Below, piece by piece: positions 35,258-39,724 of a stretch of 39,724 bases of DNA (positions are counted from its first letter, which is position 1; each line of letters starts with the position of its first letter). Both the position numbers and the translations under genes were made by a program. Source of the stretch: Shigella phage ESh7. The notes beneath the pieces are model-generated. The model worked only from the letters and a program-made list of their open reading frames with translations. It did not search any database and had not been told where the DNA came from. The DNA lies in sequence record ON528720; one strand, 5' to 3'.

Positions 35258-36394
35258 ATGACTTTCACCGAAGCACAAGCCGCACTCGAAGCTATCCGCA
35301 ACCTACCGATTGAGCTCCTGAACGAACGCCAGTCCATGCTGGTGGCTCTTGCGGCTGCTATCGTGAACGATGAGACTCAAGACGGCGAACTGACGCAGGC
35401 CAATGTCAATTGGGGTCTGGAGTATATGGGCTACTGGCAGACACTGGCGGAGCGTATGCGTGATGTTGGATTTGTACGCTTGGGTAACGGTCACTTTAGC
35501 GCAGCATATGAGCACGCATTGTTACCGGGCAAGGTTATCAAGGTAGGCTTTAAGAAAGAGGATTCAGGCGCTGCCTATGCCGCATTCTGCCGTATGAATC
35601 AGGGTCGTGAGGGTATCCCTACGGTGTACGACATTCAGCGTCATACAGGCTGCTACACGGTGGTCTTGGACTATCTGACACCGCTTAACGATGGGTGCTA
35701 CGGTGAAAGTGATAAGATTCGCCACCACTTTCAGGCCGCACGGGAAATCATTGAGGAGGGTTGCTTCGACACCGCCGAAGAGTACCCGATAAGCGAGGGC
35801 TTTATTGAGACCTGCAAGGATATCCGCAAGTTCTTCTTAGGCATCGCATCGTTCGATTGTCACAGCGGTAACATGATGAAAGACCAAATGGGACGCTTGA
35901 TTATCACAGACCCGGTGTCATTCAGCGCAGCCAACAAGTTAAAGCCGGGTGAGTTCCACTGTGACCCTGATGAGCTCATCGCTGAGATTGAGGCGCTGAG
36001 GGCGCAGGAAGCGATTGACCGCTGTAAGGCACGCAAGGCACGCCGTGACCCTAAAGGAACCTTTCAGGTAGCGCGTAAAGCACGCATCAAGTGGCGCAGA
36101 AAGGCCTCTAAGCGTAGGAAGCGCAACGCTAAGGTACGCGCTAAGATGCGCAACGCTAAGGTACGCGCTAAGATGCGCATGGATGCCAACGAGCAGCGCA
36201 GGGCCGAGCCTAGGGCGCGTATGATGTGGGGTGATACGCACTGGCGCAACGTTTGGATGCAGAATATGATTGTTGACTTCGAACGGCTCGAACTGTTAGC
36301 AGCCGCACAGATGGCACAGATAGACCACAAGGCTATCGCATGGAACTCTCCGCTGTGTGTCGATAAGTACCTTGACAGGAGACTGCAAGGCTGA
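35258..36394 (+). CDS. 0.7: serine/threonine protein kinase / host transcription shut-off protein
   Basis: 378 aa; GNGHFSAAYEHALLPGKVIKVGFKKEDSGAAYAAFCRM...GCYTVVLD...CKDIRKFFLGIASFDCHSGNMM tracks T7 gp0.7 closely as I recall it. Confidence 0.85.
   Translation: MTFTEAQAALEAIRNLPIELLNERQSMLVALAAAIVNDETQDGELTQANVNWGLEYMGYWQTLAERMRDVGFVRLGNGHFSAAYEHALLPGKVIKVGFKKEDSGAAYAAFCRMNQGREGIPTVYDIQRHTGCYTVVLDYLTPLNDGCYGESDKIRHHFQAAREIIEEGCFDTAEEYPISEGFIETCKDIRKFFLGIASFDCHSGNMMKDQMGRLIITDPVSFSAANKLKPGEFHCDPDELIAEIEALRAQEAIDRCKARKARRDPKGTFQVARKARIKWRRKASKRRKRNAKVRAKMRNAKVRAKMRMDANEQRRAEPRARMMWGDTHWRNVWMQNMIVDFERLELLAAAQMAQIDHKAIAWNSPLCVDKYLDRRLQG
36121..36174 (+). repeat. perfect in-frame 27-bp tandem duplication inside gene 0.7
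   Basis: GCGCAACGCTAAGGTACGCGCTAAGAT x2 (36121-36147, 36148-36174), encoding RNAKVRAKM twice. Confidence 0.9.
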
Positions 36395-36464
36395 TAAAGT
36401 CTTTTCTTACAGGTCATCATGAGGTGACCTGAATAGGAACGATTTATTCACAACGAGGTAAGCA

Positions 36465-39119
36465 ATGAACATCATCGAAACTATCGAAAAGAATGACTTC
36501 TCCGAAATCGAACTGGCTGCTATCCCGTTCAACACACTGGCAGACCACTACGGCAGCGCATTGGCTCGTGAACAACTGGCTTTAGAGCACGAGTCTTATG
36601 AGCTAGGCGAGCGCCGCTTCCTCAAGATGCTTGAGCGTCAAGCGAAAGCTGGTGAGATTGCAGACAACGCAGCCGCTAAGCCGTTACTCGCTACGCTTCT
36701 CCCTAAGTTAACCGCACGCATCGTTGAGTGGCTCGAAGAGTACGCCTCTAAGAAAGGCCGCAAGCCTGTAGCCTATGCACCACTCCAATCACTCAAGCCG
36801 GAGGCGTCCGCGTTTATCACGCTCAAGGTCATCCTTGCGTCACTGACCAGCACGAACATGACAACCATTCAGGCCGCTGCTGGTATGCTAGGGAAGGCCA
36901 TTGAGGATGAGGCACGTTTCGGGCGCATCCGTGACCTCGAAGCGAAGCACTTCAAGAAGCACGTTGAGGAACAGCTTAACAAGCGCCACGGGCAAGTCTA
37001 CAAGAAAGCCTTTATGCAGGTGGTCGAGGCCGATATGATTGGTCGAGGTCTGCTTGGTGGCGAGGCGTGGTCTAGCTGGGATAAAGAAACCACGATGCAC
37101 GTAGGGATTCGCCTGATTGAAATGCTGATTGAGTCCACGGGTCTGGTGGAATTACAGCGCCACAACGCAGGTAACGCAGGCTCTGACCATGAGGCACTAC
37201 AACTGGCCCAAGAGTACGTGGACGTCTTAGCGAAGCGTGCAGGCGCTCTGGCGGGTATCTCTCCGATGTTCCAACCGTGTGTCGTACCGCCGAAACCTTG
37301 GGTAGCAATCACAGGTGGCGGCTATTGGGCGAACGGTCGCAGACCTTTGGCGCTCATTCGCACTCACTCTAAGAAGGGACTGATGCGCTATGATGATGTT
37401 TACATGCCAGAAGTTTACAAGGCGGTCAACATCGCACAGAACACCGCATGGAAAATCAACAAGAAAGTCCTCTCGGTTGTCAACGAGATTGTGAACTGGA
37501 AGAACTGCCCGGTCGCAGACATTCCATCGCTGGAGCGCCAAGAGTTACCACCTAAGCCGGACGACATTGACACCAACGAGGCAGCACTCAGGGAGTGGAA
37601 GAAAGCCGCCGCTGGTGTCTACCGCTTGGACAAGGCACGAGTGTCTCGCCGTATCAGCTTAGAGTTCATGCTGGAGCAGGCCAACAAGTTTGCAAACAAG
37701 AAAGCAATCTGGTTCCCTTACAACATGGACTGGCGCGGTCGTGTGTACGCTGTGCCTATGTTCAACCCGCAAGGCAACGACATGACGAAAGGTCTGCTGA
37801 CCCTCGCTAAAGGAAAGCCAATCGGTGAGGAAGGTTTCTACTGGCTGAAAATCCACGGCGCGAACTGTGCGGGTGTCGATAAGGTTCCTTTCCCTGAGCG
37901 CATCGCGTTCATTGAGAAGCACGTAGACGACATTCTGGCTTGCGCTAAAGACCCAATCAATAACACTTGGTGGGCCGAGCAGGATTCACCTTTCTGTTTC
38001 CTAGCGTTTTGCTTCGAGTATGCAGGCGTTGCGCACCACGGTCTGAGCTACAATTGCTCTCTGCCGCTGGCGTTCGACGGGTCTTGCTCTGGTATCCAGC
38101 ACTTCTCCGCTATGCTCCGCGATGAGGTAGGCGGTCGTGCGGTTAACCTGCTGCCAAGCGAAACCGTGCAGGACATTTACGGCATCGTTGCACAGAAAGT
38201 AAACGAGATTCTCAAACAGGATGCAATCAACGGCACACCTAACGAGATGATTACCGTGACCGACAATGACACCGGGGAAATCTCAGAGAAGCTCAAGCTG
38301 GGAACCTCAACGCTGGCGCAACAGTGGCTGGCATATGGTGTAACCCGTAGCGTAACTAAACGTTCGGTCATGACGCTGGCTTACGGTTCCAAGGAGTTCG
38401 GCTTTCGTCAACAGGTACTGGACGACACCATTCAGCCTGCGATTGACAGCGGTAAGGGCTTGATGTTCACCCAACCTAACCAAGCGGCTGGCTACATGGC
38501 TAAGCTGATTTGGGACGCGGTGAGCGTGACCGTAGTCGCAGCGGTCGAGGCGATGAACTGGCTCAAGTCTGCCGCTAAGCTGCTGGCTGCTGAGGTCAAG
38601 GACAAGAAGACCAAGGAGATTCTGCGTCACCGTTGCGCGGTTCACTGGACTACGCCGGACGGCTTCCCGGTCTGGCAGGAATACCGCAAGCCACTCCAGA
38701 AGCGTCTCGATATGATTTTCTTAGGGCAATTCCGTCTGCAACCGACGATTAATACCCTCAAGGATTCAGGCATTGACGCACACAAGCAGGAGTCTGGCAT
38801 CGCTCCTAACTTTGTTCACTCACAGGACGGTAGCCACCTCCGCATGACAGTAGTTTATGCTCACGAGAAGTATGGCATTGAGTCCTTTGCGCTCATCCAT
38901 GACAGCTTCGGGACTATCCCGGCAGACGCTGGTAAGCTGTTCAAAGCTGTACGTGAGACGATGGTTATCACCTACGAGAACAACGATGTGCTGGCAGACT
39001 TCTATGACCAGTTTGCAGACCAGCTACACGAGACCCAACTGGACAAGATGCCTCCGCTTCCGAAGAAAGGGAACCTGAACCTCCAAGACATTCTCAAGTC
39101 TGACTTTGCCTTTGCATAA
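36465..39119 (+). CDS. 1: single-subunit DNA-directed RNA polymerase
   Basis: 884 aa (T3 RNAP length as I recall it); motifs PMFQPCVVPPKPW, DGSCSGIQHFSAMLRDE, HDSFGT; C-terminal FAFA. Confidence 0.97.
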   Translation: MNIIETIEKNDFSEIELAAIPFNTLADHYGSALAREQLALEHESYELGERRFLKMLERQAKAGEIADNAAAKPLLATLLPKLTARIVEWLEEYASKKGRKPVAYAPLQSLKPEASAFITLKVILASLTSTNMTTIQAAAGMLGKAIEDEARFGRIRDLEAKHFKKHVEEQLNKRHGQVYKKAFMQVVEADMIGRGLLGGEAWSSWDKETTMHVGIRLIEMLIESTGLVELQRHNAGNAGSDHEALQLAQEYVDVLAKRAGALAGISPMFQPCVVPPKPWVAITGGGYWANGRRPLALIRTHSKKGLMRYDDVYMPEVYKAVNIAQNTAWKINKKVLSVVNEIVNWKNCPVADIPSLERQELPPKPDDIDTNEAALREWKKAAAGVYRLDKARVSRRISLEFMLEQANKFANKKAIWFPYNMDWRGRVYAVPMFNPQGNDMTKGLLTLAKGKPIGEEGFYWLKIHGANCAGVDKVPFPERIAFIEKHVDDILACAKDPINNTWWAEQDSPFCFLAFCFEYAGVAHHGLSYNCSLPLAFDGSCSGIQHFSAMLRDEVGGRAVNLLPSETVQDIYGIVAQKVNEILKQDAINGTPNEMITVTDNDTGEISEKLKLGTSTLAQQWLAYGVTRSVTKRSVMTLAYGSKEFGFRQQVLDDTIQPAIDSGKGLMFTQPNQAAGYMAKLIWDAVSVTVVAAVEAMNWLKSAAKLLAAEVKDKKTKEILRHRCAVHWTTPDGFPVWQEYRKPLQKRLDMIFLGQFRLQPTINTLKDSGIDAHKQESGIAPNFVHSQDGSHLRMTVVYAHEKYGIESFALIHDSFGTIPADAGKLFKAVRETMVITYENNDVLADFYDQFADQLHETQLDKMPPLPKKGNLNLQDILKSDFAFA

Positions 39120-39130
39120 CAAGCACTTAG

Positions 39131-39153
39131 CATTAACCCTCACTAACGGGAGA
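39131..39153 (+). promoter_or_regulatory. T3 RNA polymerase promoter (AACGGGAGA variant)
   Basis: CATTAACCCTCACTAACGGGAGA. Confidence 0.75.
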
Positions 39154-39205
39154 CTACTTAAGGTCTCCAACTTTAAGACACTTTAGGTACTAAGAGATTA
39201 AATTT

Positions 39206-39478
39206 ATGATTAACATTAAGACTTTCTTTAAGAACATCTTTAAGTTAAACCGCTTGACTTCCATTAAGTTCTACGCTTGGATGCCCTGTAGTGATGACCT
39301 CCGCAAGACTGAATTTAAGTTAGGCTTAGGGCCGTGCGGTAAGGTGGTCACGAAGTTGGAATGTTACTCAACGTCCTCCGGGATGGTCATCTTCCAGACC
39401 ACTGAGGACGACGAAATGAAATCCTTCTACTACCCGAAAGGTTCAACGTGTGGTCGTATCGAACGAACATACAGTTAA
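39206..39478 (+). CDS. gene 1.05-position hypothetical protein (90 aa)
   Basis: ORF between gene 1 and gene 1.1 promoters; stop codon lies inside the next promoter. Confidence 0.45.
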   Translation: MINIKTFFKNIFKLNRLTSIKFYAWMPCSDDLRKTEFKLGLGPCGKVVTKLECYSTSSGMVIFQTTEDDEMKSFYYPKGSTCGRIERTYS

Positions 39479-39496
39479 CCCTCACTAACGGGAGAG
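39474..39496 (+). promoter_or_regulatory. T3 RNA polymerase promoter (AACGGGAGA variant)
   Basis: AGTTAACCCTCACTAACGGGAGA. Confidence 0.75.
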
Positions 39497-39500
39497 TTAA

Positions 39501-39545
39501 ACTTAAGGTCATCACCGACGGTGGCCTTTGTGATTAACTTTCAAT
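39501..39545 (+). promoter_or_regulatory. RNase III-type processing hairpin (R1.1-like)
   Basis: ACTTAAGGTCATCACCGACGGTGGCCTTTGTGATTAACTT. Confidence 0.5.
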
Positions 39546-39570
39546 ACACATCAACATGAGGTAAGATACT

Positions 39571-39724
39571 ATGCGTACCAACTTTGAGAAATTTACCAAG
39601 CGCGATTCAGTGGTCAACGAGCATGGCGAACAGTGGCAAGAGCGCCGTTACCGCATGAAGAAACGCCACAAGCAACAGCGCCGTGACCGCATGAAGAAAC
39701 GCCACAAGCAACAGCGCGGTAACT
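39571..39724 (+). CDS. 1.1: gene 1.1 homolog, small basic protein, 3' end cut by window edge
   Basis: MRTNFEKFTKRD... parallels T7 gp1.1 MRNFEKMTKRSNRN...; reading frame still open at last base. Confidence 0.55.
   Translation, partial: MRTNFEKFTKRDSVVNEHGEQWQERRYRMKKRHKQQRRDRMKKRHKQQRGN
39646..39717 (+). repeat. in-frame 36-bp tandem duplication inside gene 1.1 (one mismatch)
   Basis: CGTTACCGCATGAAGAAACGCCACAAGCAACAGCGC / CGTGACCGCATGAAGAAACGCCACAAGCAACAGCGC, encoding R[Y/D]RMKKRHKQQR twice. Confidence 0.85.

Overview
The window is an essentially complete genome of a lytic T3-like podophage (T7 supergroup), written as a circular permutation. It opens at gene 1.2, runs colinearly through DNA metabolism, structural and packaging genes to gene 19.5, crosses the right end / terminal repeat / left end (about 32.8-33.5 kb), then continues through the early region (0.3 SAMase, 0.7 kinase, gene 1 RNA polymerase, 1.05) and is cut off inside gene 1.1. 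All genes are on the + strand. The T3 assignment rests on 15 copies of the T3 RNA polymerase promoter core (CCCTCACTAA[A/C][A/G]GGA), a 152-aa gene 0.3 that I recognise as the T3 SAM-cleaving enzyme, and an 884-aa single-subunit RNA polymerase. I saw no tRNA, rRNA, CRISPR array, integrase or lysogeny module. I did not find a self-contained multi-gene defence or anti-defence system that is clearly new; the candidates worth a second look are accessory or mosaic modules laid over the conserved backbone. The main ones are: a tail fibre whose C-terminus is an auto-cleaving intramolecular chaperone domain; an HNH endonuclease between ligase and gene 1.6 that carries an in-frame TAA and has no start codon; an endonuclease-VII-like gene between genes 13 and 14; an Ig-like (Big_2-type) capsid extension reached by a -1 frameshift at CCCAAAG; and two in-frame tandem duplications in genes 0.7 and 1.1. 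Product names come from sequence motifs and from my memory of T7/T3 proteins, and all coordinates are hand-counted; no database search or alignment was run.
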